NCBI GenBank assembly: GCA_017513085.1 | Contig: JAFWDK010000027.1 | Span: 96,001-160,000 of the forward strand | From: Clostridiales bacterium | GTDB lineage: Bacteria > Bacillota > Clostridia > Saccharofermentanales > Saccharofermentanaceae | Length of the DNA: 64,000 nucleotides | Reading direction: 5' to 3' | In this document: piece by piece, positions 28,065 through 37,436 of the stretch | Layout: each line of letters begins with the position of its first letter | How positions within the stretch are numbered: position 1 is the first letter of the stretch | Made by a program: the position numbers and the translations under genes | Notes under the pieces: generated by a model | Told to the model about the DNA's origin: nothing | The model's database searches: none | Seen by the model: only the letters and a program-made list of their open reading frames with translations

Positions 28065-28505
28065 TCACGGTGCCAAAATAGAAAACGGCCATGTCGGTAT
28101 GTTTCTCAAAATAGTAAAAAGCACTATAACGACAGCGATCAGTATCGCCGCCCAGAGCGGAAACGTTTCCGGTATCCACATCACCCGTTTCCGGAAGATC
28201 AGAGTCGTCAGCCCGACCAGAAAAAACCAAAACATGATAACAGCCACAAACGGAAATAAAAGATTATAGTCAAAAGCCTCAAGGATATGTCCATGCAGCA
28301 TCGCATGAAATGCCCGTGTTTCACCACAGCCGGGGCAATACAAACCTGTCTGTTCATAGGTGACGCATTTCATGGTCAAACCCTGACTTGCCGACGGATC
28401 AATGAAGTAACCGTATGCCAAACCAAGAAGAACACCCATGACCATACAGAAGACCAGCGGCCATCGGATATAATTTCTAAAAATCAGGGGTCTCTTTTCT
28501 TTCAA
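28065..28505 (-). CDS. DUF2752 domain membrane protein
   Basis: C-----TGLYCPGCG-TRA---LHG---EAF-YN motif; C-terminal LRNIP. Confidence 0.88.
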   Translation of the reverse strand: MKEKRPLIFRNYIRWPLVFCMVMGVLLGLAYGYFIDPSASQGLTMKCVTYEQTGLYCPGCGETRAFHAMLHGHILEAFDYNLLFPFVAVIMFWFFLVGLTTLIFRKRVMWIPETFPLWAAILIAVVIVLFTILRNIPTWPFSILAP

Positions 28506-28611
28506 AACTCAACGTCTCCAATATAAATGAATTGACAGCCTTCTCTATTTTGCGGATAAAAGAGAAAACTGTCAATTCACAAGAAAGAATAAGAGGAAAA
28601 ATGAAAAGTTT

Positions 28612-29559
28612 TTAAGCAAATTCCTGGACCCAGTAGTAATGGCCATTGCAAACATAGCAGGAAACACCAAGTTTTGTGTAAGCGCCCTCGAGAATGTTTG
28701 CACGGTGTGTCGGAGAGTTCATCCAGGCTTCAAATACTTCCTGAACAGATGTCTGTCCATGTGCCAGGTTCTCACCCATCTGTGTCCGTGATCCGGCTGT
28801 CCACCACGCGGATCCATCCGGGCGGGTGTGCGAGAAGGATACTACGATCTCACTTGCACGAATATTAGCAGCCTTGGCCAGCGTTCCATCCCAGGAAAGT
28901 TTTCCGAGACCGTTTGCTGCACGAGTATCGTTTACATATTCGAGAACTGCTCTGGCGTAATCATTAAAGTATTCGCCGCTGAGATCTCCAAGAGAATCCT
29001 GCTTCGGAGGCTCTGTCGTTGTTGTTGTCGGAGGTTCCGTCGTTGTCGTCGGAGGCTCTGTCGTTGTTGTCGTCGGAGGCTCTGTCGTCGTTGTCGGAGC
29101 CTCTGTTGTAGTTGTCGGAGCCTCTGTTGTAGTTGTCGGAGCCTCTGTTGTGGTGGTAGCTTCCGTTGTGGCTTCTGTTGTAGTTGTGGCTTCAGTTGTT
29201 GCCTCTGTTGTCTCCTCAACAGTGGTCTCTGTTGTGGTGGCCTCTGTCGTGGTTTCTGTTGTTGCTTCAGTAGTAGTTTCCTTTGTTGTCTCTTCGGTGG
29301 TCTCCTTTGTTGTCTCTACGATTACTTCTTCAACCTTATCTTCCACTTCGATCGTTTCCGGAACGATCACATCAGACTCTACGATGTTCTCGGACTCAAC
29401 AGAAACGACACCCTGCTCAGAAGGTGCAAACCAGGAAGATGTATTCAGAACGTCGGATTTCATATCGGCAAGACCAACTGTGCCCAGCGCAACGGCCGAC
29501 ACGATCGAGATGGTCGCTAAATGTTTTGAAAAGAATGTAATCAAGTTTTGCAACTTCAT
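28612..29559 (-). CDS. secreted/anchored CAP (SCP) domain protein with Thr/Glu/Pro-rich linker
   Basis: N-terminal hydrophobic segment; TTE(A/P)TTT repeats; VN--RA-NGL, FSHTRPDG, GENLA-G, WMNSPTHRANIL and YWVQEF motifs. Confidence 0.9.
   Translation of the reverse strand: MKLQNLITFFSKHLATISIVSAVALGTVGLADMKSDVLNTSSWFAPSEQGVVSVESENIVESDVIVPETIEVEDKVEEVIVETTKETTEETTKETTTEATTETTTEATTTETTVEETTEATTEATTTTEATTEATTTTEAPTTTTEAPTTTTEAPTTTTEPPTTTTTEPPTTTTEPPTTTTTEPPKQDSLGDLSGEYFNDYARAVLEYVNDTRAANGLGKLSWDGTLAKAANIRASEIVVSFSHTRPDGSAWWTAGSRTQMGENLAHGQTSVQEVFEAWMNSPTHRANILEGAYTKLGVSCYVCNGHYYWVQEFA
29006..29320 (-). repeat. low-complexity tandem repeats encoding TTEAPTT/TTEPPTT
   Basis: 21-24 bp units such as GTTGTCGGAGCCTCTGTTGTA in tandem. 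Confidence 0.85.
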
Positions 29560-29679
29560 AGTTTAGATCCCCCTTCTCATATTTCCTAGACCATTGGTTG
29601 CTTCAAACTATCTAGATTATAATATATGTCTATTGCGGAAATACGTGCAGTTTTTAACTAATTTGTTAACGAAACAAAA

Positions 29680-29707
29680 CCCCGGGCTACAGTAAAGTAG
29701 CCCGGGG
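29680..29707 (-). terminator. intrinsic terminator after the pilin-like gene
   Basis: CCCCGGGCTAC-AGTAAA-GTAGCCCGGGG followed by TTTTG on the minus strand. Confidence 0.75.
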
Positions 29708-29787
29708 AAGAGGAAAACGATTGATTTTCTCAAATGTCAATACAACTCCGTCATACAATCTTCGTCAGATTTCTGATTTGTTCTTGC

Positions 29788-30537
29788 TCATCCGATCGCC
29801 AGTCCGAATGTGTTCTGCAGATAGCTGATCTGAGCTGCTGTCAATGCGTAGGTGTCTGTGTTCCAAAGAGACGGGAAGATATTCTGGTCGAGCATCCAGC
29901 GGCCGCTTCCTGTGCCGTTTCCGATCGTCAGGACAAATCCGTTGCCTCTCTTTGCGATCGAGATATCCAGTGTGTTGTACTGGTTGATCTGGATCTTTAC
30001 GCTGTAAGTATTTCCGCCGTTCGAAGGTGTAATGCTTACAACGCCTTGGCCTGTTGTAGTCAATCCGTTTGCAGGTCTAACAGCACCTGTAGATCCGCCG
30101 TTATTGCCCGCTCCACCGCCGGAAGTGTTCTGCGTTGTCGTTGTTGGCGGCAACGTAGTCTCCGTTGTCGTTTCCTGCGTGGTCGTTGTTTGAGGTGGGG
30201 GATTTGTTGTTGTCGCTGCAGGTTCTGATGCAACCGACGGAGCACCTCCACCTCCGGCTCCTGGAGCAGCAGGGCCAGGGATAAGATTCGTATTACCTGT
30301 CGGCGTTCTGTCCGGCGCGGTATCTCTTGTATATCCCTTCAAATACCCTTGCACGTCGTCTTCTACTCTGACATTCATATCATCGTGCTGTTCAACTTTA
30401 TCGGCAGCTACATCTGCACTTCTCAGATAATCACTAACACTTGTTACAAACACCGAAGATAAAACTAAAATGATTGCGATCACACAAACTATCTCAGCAA
30501 GTGTAAAACCTCTTCTGTAAGCTAATGTCTTTTTCAT
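29788..30537 (-). CDS. type IV pilin-like protein with Pro/Thr/Gly linker and C-terminal globular domain
   Basis: Class III signal peptide MKKTLAYRRG|FTLAEIVCVIAIILVL (G-1, F1, E5). Confidence 0.85.
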   Translation of the reverse strand: MKKTLAYRRGFTLAEIVCVIAIILVLSSVFVTSVSDYLRSADVAADKVEQHDDMNVRVEDDVQGYLKGYTRDTAPDRTPTGNTNLIPGPAAPGAGGGGAPSVASEPAATTTNPPPQTTTTQETTTETTLPPTTTTQNTSGGGAGNNGGSTGAVRPANGLTTTGQGVVSITPSNGGNTYSVKIQINQYNTLDISIAKRGNGFVLTIGNGTGSGRWMLDQNIFPSLWNTDTYALTAAQISYLQNTFGLAIG

Positions 30538-30829
30538 ATTGTCCCCCTCCTTACTTGGTGGTTTATCCCCTCAAGATCATTGCGACCTTTGTTTTTTTCT
30601 ATGGCTCTATTCTATCAACCCCTTTGTTCAAAATCTACCCTATTTTTGTCACATTTTTGCCATATTTTGTATCTATTTTGTGTCGAAAATATTTCCGAGA
30701 GTCTGTTTTTGTGCTTTTTGCATAAAATCGCATATGCTTTTGCGCATTTCGCCATGTGCTTTTTGTTGCAAATGTGTCGAATTGTGAACTCATCTTCACA
30801 TTTCAAACCGATTTTTAAACAAAATATAA

Positions 30830-30860
30830 ATCGGGCATGTCAAAATTGAACATGCCCGAT
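30830..30860 (-). terminator. intrinsic terminator after the CCA enzyme gene
   Basis: Stem ATCGGGCATGT / ACATGCCCGAT. Confidence 0.65.
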
Positions 30861-30884
30861 GAAAAAAGTGTTTCCAATTCCTGT

Positions 30885-32252
30885 TCAGTGTGTGTCCCGT
30901 TTCTCCCAAATCGACTGTGCCCGTAAGAGAAGCGCCTCTTTTTCGTTAGGAACGGTCTCTTCGATTATTTCATCAAGAAGTTGTTTTTTGATCTCTCCCA
31001 AAACCGGACCGGACGGAATACCGAGCCCGATCAGGTCTTTGCCGCTAACTTGCATATCCGCATACGAGAAGCACAGCGATTCTTTGATCACACTGTCCAC
31101 CATCTCTTCAAACCGGTCGATCTCCGGGAACCGGTAACTGCTAAGTTCAGAATGCGCCTTGATATCGGCTCTCTTCACCTGGATCAGTTTTCGAAGGATA
31201 TCTTCTCCGTACTGGTTCAATCTTCTCCGCACTATGTGAAGGCTCGGCTCCAAAGCCACATCATGGATCTTGATCAGCGTAACGATCGTTTCCCTCGTTT
31301 TGGTATCGACCTTCAAACGCCGAAGGATCGCGTCTGCCATATCCGCGCCTTTCTTCTGGTGTCCGTAGAAATGCCCGATGCCGTCTTCTCCCCTCTGGAA
31401 GCACTGCGGCTTGGCCACATCGTGCAGCAGCATCGTGACACGGAGGATCAGATCGCCGGGCACATTCTCCATCGCGACCAGGCTATGTTCCCACACATCA
31501 TAAATATGGTGCGGATTATACTGGTTACACCCCTTCATGGGAACGATCTCCGGGATCACCACCGCGATCACATCAATATATCGTCTTAATATGTCCGTAG
31601 CGAATTTTCCGCAAAACAGCTTGCTTAGTTCCTGCCAGACCCTCTCGACGGAAAGGCGCGAAAGAGAATCCTTCTTCAGGAAGATCTGCTTCTCGGTCTC
31701 TTCTTCGATTGAAAAGCCCAGTTGCGAAGCAAAACGCAAAGCCCGAAGAATACGCAAGGCATCCTCTTCAAAACGGATCTTCGGATCTCCCACCGCACGG
31801 ATCAGTCCTTTTTCCAGATCTTCCCGGCCTCCGCAGTGATCCACGAGCACAGAATCTTTCGAAAGCGCCAGTGCATTGATTGTAAAATCGCGTCTTTTCA
31901 CATCTTCTTCCAGATTCCTGGTAAAAAGCACTTCCTGCGGGTGCCGCGCGTCGAGATATTCGCCATCGATCCTAAATGTCGTCACCTCGATAGGCACTGA
32001 CTCCCAGACCACCGTGACCGTGCCATGTGAAAGGCCGGTCGGGTGACAGTTTTCCTTGCCGAACACGGACATGACTTCCTCCGGCTCCGCACTGGTTGCC
32101 ACATCAAAATCGTAGGGTTCTTTTCCCAAGAAAATATCGCGGACTGCTCCGCCGACGATATAGGCTTCAAAGCCGTGTGATTCCAGGCACTCCAGAAGTT
32201 TCTGAAGTTTTTCCGGAACGATATATCTGTTCTTAATATCCGTAGAAGGCAT
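30885..32252 (-). CDS. cca: CCA tRNA nucleotidyltransferase / HD domain (poly(A) polymerase family)
   Basis: VGGAVRD, DFDVAT, EVTTFR, RRDFTINA, EDALRILR and LLHD motifs. Confidence 0.9.
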   Translation of the reverse strand: MPSTDIKNRYIVPEKLQKLLECLESHGFEAYIVGGAVRDIFLGKEPYDFDVATSAEPEEVMSVFGKENCHPTGLSHGTVTVVWESVPIEVTTFRIDGEYLDARHPQEVLFTRNLEEDVKRRDFTINALALSKDSVLVDHCGGREDLEKGLIRAVGDPKIRFEEDALRILRALRFASQLGFSIEEETEKQIFLKKDSLSRLSVERVWQELSKLFCGKFATDILRRYIDVIAVVIPEIVPMKGCNQYNPHHIYDVWEHSLVAMENVPGDLILRVTMLLHDVAKPQCFQRGEDGIGHFYGHQKKGADMADAILRRLKVDTKTRETIVTLIKIHDVALEPSLHIVRRRLNQYGEDILRKLIQVKRADIKAHSELSSYRFPEIDRFEEMVDSVIKESLCFSYADMQVSGKDLIGLGIPSGPVLGEIKKQLLDEIIEETVPNEKEALLLRAQSIWEKRDTH

Positions 32253-32306
32253 GCGATCCGAGAAGAAAACTCTTCCTATCCCCCGTTTATTTCCTGTATT
32301 TGACGG

Positions 32307-33479
32307 TCATCTCAATCTGCGAAGGATCGAAAGAAGCATGCGGTTATTCAGTTTCACCGGGCATCCCCAGTTCTTCACATCAAGAAGCACCATTTCCATG
32401 ATGCCATTATAATCTTCGGCTTTCAAGCACGTAAGCGTATCCGGAATATTCACCCTTCGAAGAAGGCTTCTGATACCATCAATAAACGACCGGGCCGCCT
32501 CATCCTGCGTTGCTTTTGCCGAGCAAAGATGCGAAGCGCGGGCCAACTCGGCCAGCTGGGCGGATATGACGTCGAACTCCATTTCCAGGATCAAAGGCAG
32601 CACTGCTGCGCATGCGCGGCCTTGCGGAATTCCGTATTTCTCGGCGATCCGCATCGAGATACAGTGCGCAGGACCGAATCCGATCCGTCTTGACGCCACT
32701 CCGGCATAGTACGGAGCCATCATCATCTGTAGATATTTTTCATTCGAAACACTGTGTTTGTAGCAAGGTTCCAGATATGAGAAAAAGATCGGAACGGCTA
32801 CCATGACATTGGCACGATCTGCCGGGAACAGTGGCGAAACCGAGCTGACATAAGCTTCAATCGCGTGAGTCAGAGCCAGCATCGATGCCGACAGGAAACT
32901 GTCGGTCGGAAGACGAAGCACCAGGTTCGGGTCCAGTACCACGGTCTTCGGCACCAGGTGTTCGCTGAAGAAAAAGCACATCTGCTGTTCATACTGGATA
33001 AAAGATACCGCCGAGCTCTCCGCTCCGCATCCCGTAGTCGCCACGGCATACAGATCCACGCCCGGATTCGGGATCATACCGACCCCGCGTAGCTGATATA
33101 ACGACTTAGTGGCATTTGTCACCCAGACTGAAACCATCTTGGCCACGTCGATCACGGTGCCGCCGCCAAAAGCAACTACCGCTTCACAGTTATACGTCTG
33201 GCACTGCGCCGCGCAACGTTCCACCGTTCGCGCGTCCGGGATCTTATCCACTTCCGAGTAGATGAAACAGCGCACGCCGGCCAGCGTCAAAGTCTCTATA
33301 AAAGCATCATAGAGTTTCAGTTTTTTCGTTTGTTTTCCGGAGATCAGATAGATACGCTTCACTTCACGCTGCGTCAGGAGCCTTGTCAATTCGGCAAAAG
33401 CACCCTCGTCCGCCATCACTTCCTGACGGCAGTCGTTCATTTTCCTTGCATAATGAAGAATCTCCCGATTCGCGCCCAT
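32307..33479 (-). CDS. iron-containing alcohol dehydrogenase-like protein, metal site degenerate
   Basis: GGGTVIDVAK, TT-CGAE, LDP-L and ALTHAIEAY motifs; the Asp and last His iron ligands appear replaced (L and Q). Confidence 0.8.
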   Translation of the reverse strand: MGANREILHYARKMNDCRQEVMADEGAFAELTRLLTQREVKRIYLISGKQTKKLKLYDAFIETLTLAGVRCFIYSEVDKIPDARTVERCAAQCQTYNCEAVVAFGGGTVIDVAKMVSVWVTNATKSLYQLRGVGMIPNPGVDLYAVATTGCGAESSAVSFIQYEQQMCFFFSEHLVPKTVVLDPNLVLRLPTDSFLSASMLALTHAIEAYVSSVSPLFPADRANVMVAVPIFFSYLEPCYKHSVSNEKYLQMMMAPYYAGVASRRIGFGPAHCISMRIAEKYGIPQGRACAAVLPLILEMEFDVISAQLAELARASHLCSAKATQDEAARSFIDGIRSLLRRVNIPDTLTCLKAEDYNGIMEMVLLDVKNWGCPVKLNNRMLLSILRRLR

Positions 33480-33673
33480 ATCCAAGCCTTCTCCTTCTCC
33501 CCCAAGAGGGCACCACCCTCTACTGAATAAATTAAGTATACCATGAAGAAGTGCTTTTCGGGCGGAAAAATCGCGAGACGGATCCACAAAGGAAATGGCA
33601 TATCCTTTTTCAGATCATGTCTGTTATAATGTTAATTGGACAAGTTTTTCACAGAAAGACGAGGTAAAGGCAT

Positions 33674-36103
33674 ATGAAGTTTACGGATGGTCTATGGATA
33701 GCAAAAGATGGTTTTAAGATCGAAACACCGAAAGAGATCGCCGATATCGGCCATTCCGACTCCGGCATCACGCTTTTCGCGCCTTACGAGGAGCAGAACT
33801 CCAAGCTCGATTCCATCGGTTGCGGTCTGCTGTCCGTCAAGATCAGCGCACCGGCAGCCAATATGCTTTCTGTTAAGATCACAAATTTCAAGGGACGCCG
33901 GGAAGCTAAAGCGTTTTTTGAATTGAACCGTGCTTCCGTGACTCCTGTCAGCAGTGAGAACGAAGAGGCATATATCTATGCATCCAGTCTTTTGGAAGCC
34001 CGTATCAGTAAAGACGGTTCCTGGGGCATCTCGTTCTTCTTCTCCGGAAATTACCTGACATCCACCAATCTCGGTGGAATGGCCCACATCATCGGGCCGG
34101 ACGGTCGTTCGTACATCCGTGAGCAGCTTGACTTAAGTGATGACGAATATATCTATGGTCTGGGTGAACTCCCGGGGAATTTCATCAGAAACGGCGGATC
34201 CTATACCGTCTGGAACGAAGATGCAGGCATAGATTACGGCAAGTCATCCAAATGCGTGCCTTTTATTCTTTCTTCCAATAACTATGGTGTTCTTGTCAAC
34301 AGCACCGGCCGTGTGGAGTTTGAAATCGCGAATGACGCCACCACCGGAACAGGTGAATCCGGCAACTTCTCCCGCGCCCAGTTCTCTGTGGAAGGCGAGA
34401 CAATGGAATACATTCTTATCGGCGGCGCTTCTCCGAAGCATGTCCTGAACCTTTATACCGAACTGGTAGGTAATCCGGCTCTTCCGCCGGCCTGGTCCTT
34501 CGGTCCTTGGTTCTCCACCTCCATGCTGGCCGATTATGACGAAGAGACCATCATCGATACAGTGGAAAGATACCGCTCTCAGGGCATCCCGCTTTCGGTA
34601 CTTCACTTTTCTCCTTTCTGGATGAAGGAATTTGAGTGGACAAGTTTCCTTTGGGACAGCGAGCGTTTCCCGAACCCTTCCCAGATGATCCGTAAACTGC
34701 ACGAGAAGGGCGTACGTGTCTGTCTGTGGATCAGTCCGTATATTGCGCAGAGATCTCCTTTGTTCCGTGAAGGAATGGAGGGCAACTACTTTATCAATAC
34801 AGGTGATGGAAATCCTTGGCAGAGTGATTATCGTCAGGCCGGGGCCGCTATGATCGACTTCAGTCTTCCTGTCGTGCGCGCCTGGTACCAGAAATTTCTC
34901 GACGAACTGATCCGTATGGGCGTGGATTCCTTCCAGCTGGACTATGGTGCTGACGCGCCTATCGCCGATCCTTCCTTCGGCGCATATGCCAGCAAGCTCG
35001 GTATCACCTATAAGAACAAATTTGATGCGGAGAGTATGCATAATTACTATGCCTACCTCTTCAGCGATACAGTATTTGAGATCCTGGAGAAGAGATACGG
35101 ACAGAATAACGCTTGTATCCTCTCCCACGCCGGCACGGTCGGTTCTCAAAAATTCCCGTTCCTTTCTTTGGATAACACGGCTACTTCCTATGACGCCATG
35201 AAGACTGTCATCCAAAGCGGACTGAATCTATCCATCAGCGGCTTCCCGTTCTGGAGCCAGAATATCGGAGGTCTAGGCGACGATTGCACACCGGATCTTT
35301 TCATGCGTTGGCATGCAGCAGCTACGTTTGCGCCACATGCAAATGCCATCGGCGTGAATATCCCGAAGGATCCTTGGAATTTCGGAGCGGATGCTATTTC
35401 CGAGGTCATGCTTTTCTCGAAACTGAAACTCGGTCTGATGCCGTACATCTTCTCTTCTGCGGTTGAATCCAGCACGATGGGCACACCTTTGGTCCGTCCA
35501 ATGCTTCTGGAATTCCCGGGAGATCCGAATACATATACATTGGATCAGCAGTATATGCTGGGTGGCAATCTTCTCGTTGCGCCGATCACGCAGGCAGACG
35601 GCATCGTCCGTTACTACGTTCCTTCCGGCGTCTGGACCAACCTTCTTACCCGTGAGCGCGTGGAAGGTCCGATCTGGAAGAACGAGCAGCACGACTATAC
35701 ATCCATGCCGATCCTCGCCAGACCGGGAACGATCCTGGTTGCCGGCACGACGGATGAAACGCCGCTCTATAACTATATGGAAAATGTCACCATCACATTG
35801 TTTGAGATTCCGGAAAACAAAGAGATCACTGCAGATGTCTATTCCGCCGATCTGAAGAACATGGGACTTGTACGCGTCATGAAAAAAGGAGACCGTCTGG
35901 GTCTGATGACACAGGGTATCGTCGGACAGATCCGACTTCTTCTGGCCAACGTATTTAACGTCAGTTCCGTTTCTTCCGGTTTCCCTGAGCTCAACGAGTG
36001 GGGTACTATGGTCGTTTATGACGGAGACCGTATCGAGATCACGCTTATGTCGGACGGCACAGAGCAGCCGGCAGACCAGGCACCGGAACAGCCGGAGCAG
36101 TAA
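33674..36103 (+). CDS. GH31 YicI (alpha-xylosidase)-like protein, active site degenerate
   Basis: MKFTDGLW start, YGLGE, PALPPAWSFG-W, YDEET, FWMK-F-W, MHNYY, LMPY, RPM-LEFP and QYMLG, collinear with YicI; several active-site residues altered. Confidence 0.85.
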   Translation: MKFTDGLWIAKDGFKIETPKEIADIGHSDSGITLFAPYEEQNSKLDSIGCGLLSVKISAPAANMLSVKITNFKGRREAKAFFELNRASVTPVSSENEEAYIYASSLLEARISKDGSWGISFFFSGNYLTSTNLGGMAHIIGPDGRSYIREQLDLSDDEYIYGLGELPGNFIRNGGSYTVWNEDAGIDYGKSSKCVPFILSSNNYGVLVNSTGRVEFEIANDATTGTGESGNFSRAQFSVEGETMEYILIGGASPKHVLNLYTELVGNPALPPAWSFGPWFSTSMLADYDEETIIDTVERYRSQGIPLSVLHFSPFWMKEFEWTSFLWDSERFPNPSQMIRKLHEKGVRVCLWISPYIAQRSPLFREGMEGNYFINTGDGNPWQSDYRQAGAAMIDFSLPVVRAWYQKFLDELIRMGVDSFQLDYGADAPIADPSFGAYASKLGITYKNKFDAESMHNYYAYLFSDTVFEILEKRYGQNNACILSHAGTVGSQKFPFLSLDNTATSYDAMKTVIQSGLNLSISGFPFWSQNIGGLGDDCTPDLFMRWHAAATFAPHANAIGVNIPKDPWNFGADAISEVMLFSKLKLGLMPYIFSSAVESSTMGTPLVRPMLLEFPGDPNTYTLDQQYMLGGNLLVAPITQADGIVRYYVPSGVWTNLLTRERVEGPIWKNEQHDYTSMPILARPGTILVAGTTDETPLYNYMENVTITLFEIPENKEITADVYSADLKNMGLVRVMKKGDRLGLMTQGIVGQIRLLLANVFNVSSVSSGFPELNEWGTMVVYDGDRIEITLMSDGTEQPADQAPEQPEQ

Positions 36104-36159
36104 GCGGAATCAGCAAACCGAAAACAGTAGACCGCAACCGGTGATCTGATCTGTATAGA

Positions 36160-37329
36160 TCAGTATCTTCTGTTACGCACTTTTGAGACGATCATCACGA
36201 TGATAATGATGGCGCTGACTGCAACCAGCAATCCGCCAATGATCGTGCGCGAGGAAAACTCCGAGTCAATAAAGTCCAGGAAACCCGGTTCGGACCCGGG
36301 TGTAGGTGTCGGTGTCGCCGGGACAGGCGTAGGCGTAGGTGTCGGCGTCGGCGTAGCAGTAGGTCTCGGGCCGGGACGGATCGAAACCTCAGAACAGACT
36401 TGCTTTTCGAAACGCACTGTCTGCATGGAAGAAACTTCCTCGACAACACCATCAAAAGGCTCAGCAAGATAAGCATCGTAAAGCGAGAGTTCTTTTGAAG
36501 CAATAGCGGTCTTTCCTGCACGGATCGTAAGTTCGGAAGAGAGGATCGAAATCTCGCCCTCCGGTGCAAATACAGCAGTATGATCCATACCGGAAGAATG
36601 AACGGAAACCTTGCTCCCGTTTTCGATCTGGATATTCTTCGTTCCATAGATCACGCTTTCCGATGCGGAGAGATCCAATACCGAATCTGCTCCTGTGATG
36701 CGGATATTTCCATCCATGGCGACGAGCGCGCGGGATAAGGAGTCTACGGTGATTTTGGAATCCTCGATCATGAGGTCTCCGGAAGTATTGCCGATGGCGC
36801 CTCCGGTTGAGGCAACCTTATCATGGATCGTCAGAGCAGAAGACTGAACCGACAACGGACCATCGCTCATAACCAGATATTCCGTGTTTTCTGTCGCACC
36901 GGTCCCCTCGACCGTGACCGTCGTTTGGGACAGCGAAAGAGAACCGCCCTGCGCATAGAGCGCAGCGTGACATGCAGATGTGGTGAGGGAAAGCGATCCT
37001 TCTCCTTCTATCTTCAAAGAACCGGAAACATGGATCGCCGGAGATTCAAGGTTCGACGCAACCTTATTTTCTCCGGAAAGCTGGATAGTGGCTTCTTCCT
37101 GCGTGCCCAGGTCAATGTAAAGTCCGTCATACCCATCCAGGGAAAGAGTATGTGTTTCGGAATCGAATTTCCAGTTATCGCCTTTGCAGTCACGGCTTAC
37201 GGCAAAGACTTTGCCATCCACTATGATCGTCTTGTTATCTTTCGCCATGACCGGCATGCTGTGAAGCATCAAGATGCACGCAACTATCAACATTCCGATA
37301 AGATGATGTTTTTTTCTGTTTATACCCAT
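36160..37329 (-). CDS. surface protein: signal peptide, beta-helix-like (carbohydrate-binding-like) domain, PT linker, C-terminal TM anchor
   Basis: Signal peptide; repeated G-L-I-G-G-L-(L/I) strands; PTATPTPTPTP linker; TM followed by KVRNRRY. Confidence 0.72.
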   Translation of the reverse strand: MGINRKKHHLIGMLIVACILMLHSMPVMAKDNKTIIVDGKVFAVSRDCKGDNWKFDSETHTLSLDGYDGLYIDLGTQEEATIQLSGENKVASNLESPAIHVSGSLKIEGEGSLSLTTSACHAALYAQGGSLSLSQTTVTVEGTGATENTEYLVMSDGPLSVQSSALTIHDKVASTGGAIGNTSGDLMIEDSKITVDSLSRALVAMDGNIRITGADSVLDLSASESVIYGTKNIQIENGSKVSVHSSGMDHTAVFAPEGEISILSSELTIRAGKTAIASKELSLYDAYLAEPFDGVVEEVSSMQTVRFEKQVCSEVSIRPGPRPTATPTPTPTPTPVPATPTPTPGSEPGFLDFIDSEFSSRTIIGGLLVAVSAIIIIVMIVSKVRNRRY

Positions 37330-37394
37330 TTCCCGCTCCTTTAGAACACCAAGTTGTCGTACACACTATATCATATCCCGGCCAAAATTTCGCC

Positions 37395-37423
37395 TTGACA
37401 TTTATTGAAGCAACCACGATAAT
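37395..37423 (+). promoter_or_regulatory. sigma-A promoter of tRNA-Ala
   Basis: TTGACA, 17 bp, GATAAT, ending 13 bp upstream of the tRNA. Confidence 0.8.
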
Positions 37424-37436
37424 AGGGAAGTGATTC

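Noticed and set aside
29006-29320. Possible CRISPR-like array
   Set aside because: Units are contiguous in-frame coding repeats without unique spacers; no cas genes nearby.
30538-30830. c-di-GMP riboswitch upstream of the pilin-like gene
   Set aside because: No GEMM-type paired stems with a GAAA tetraloop/receptor or class II motif could be found by eye.
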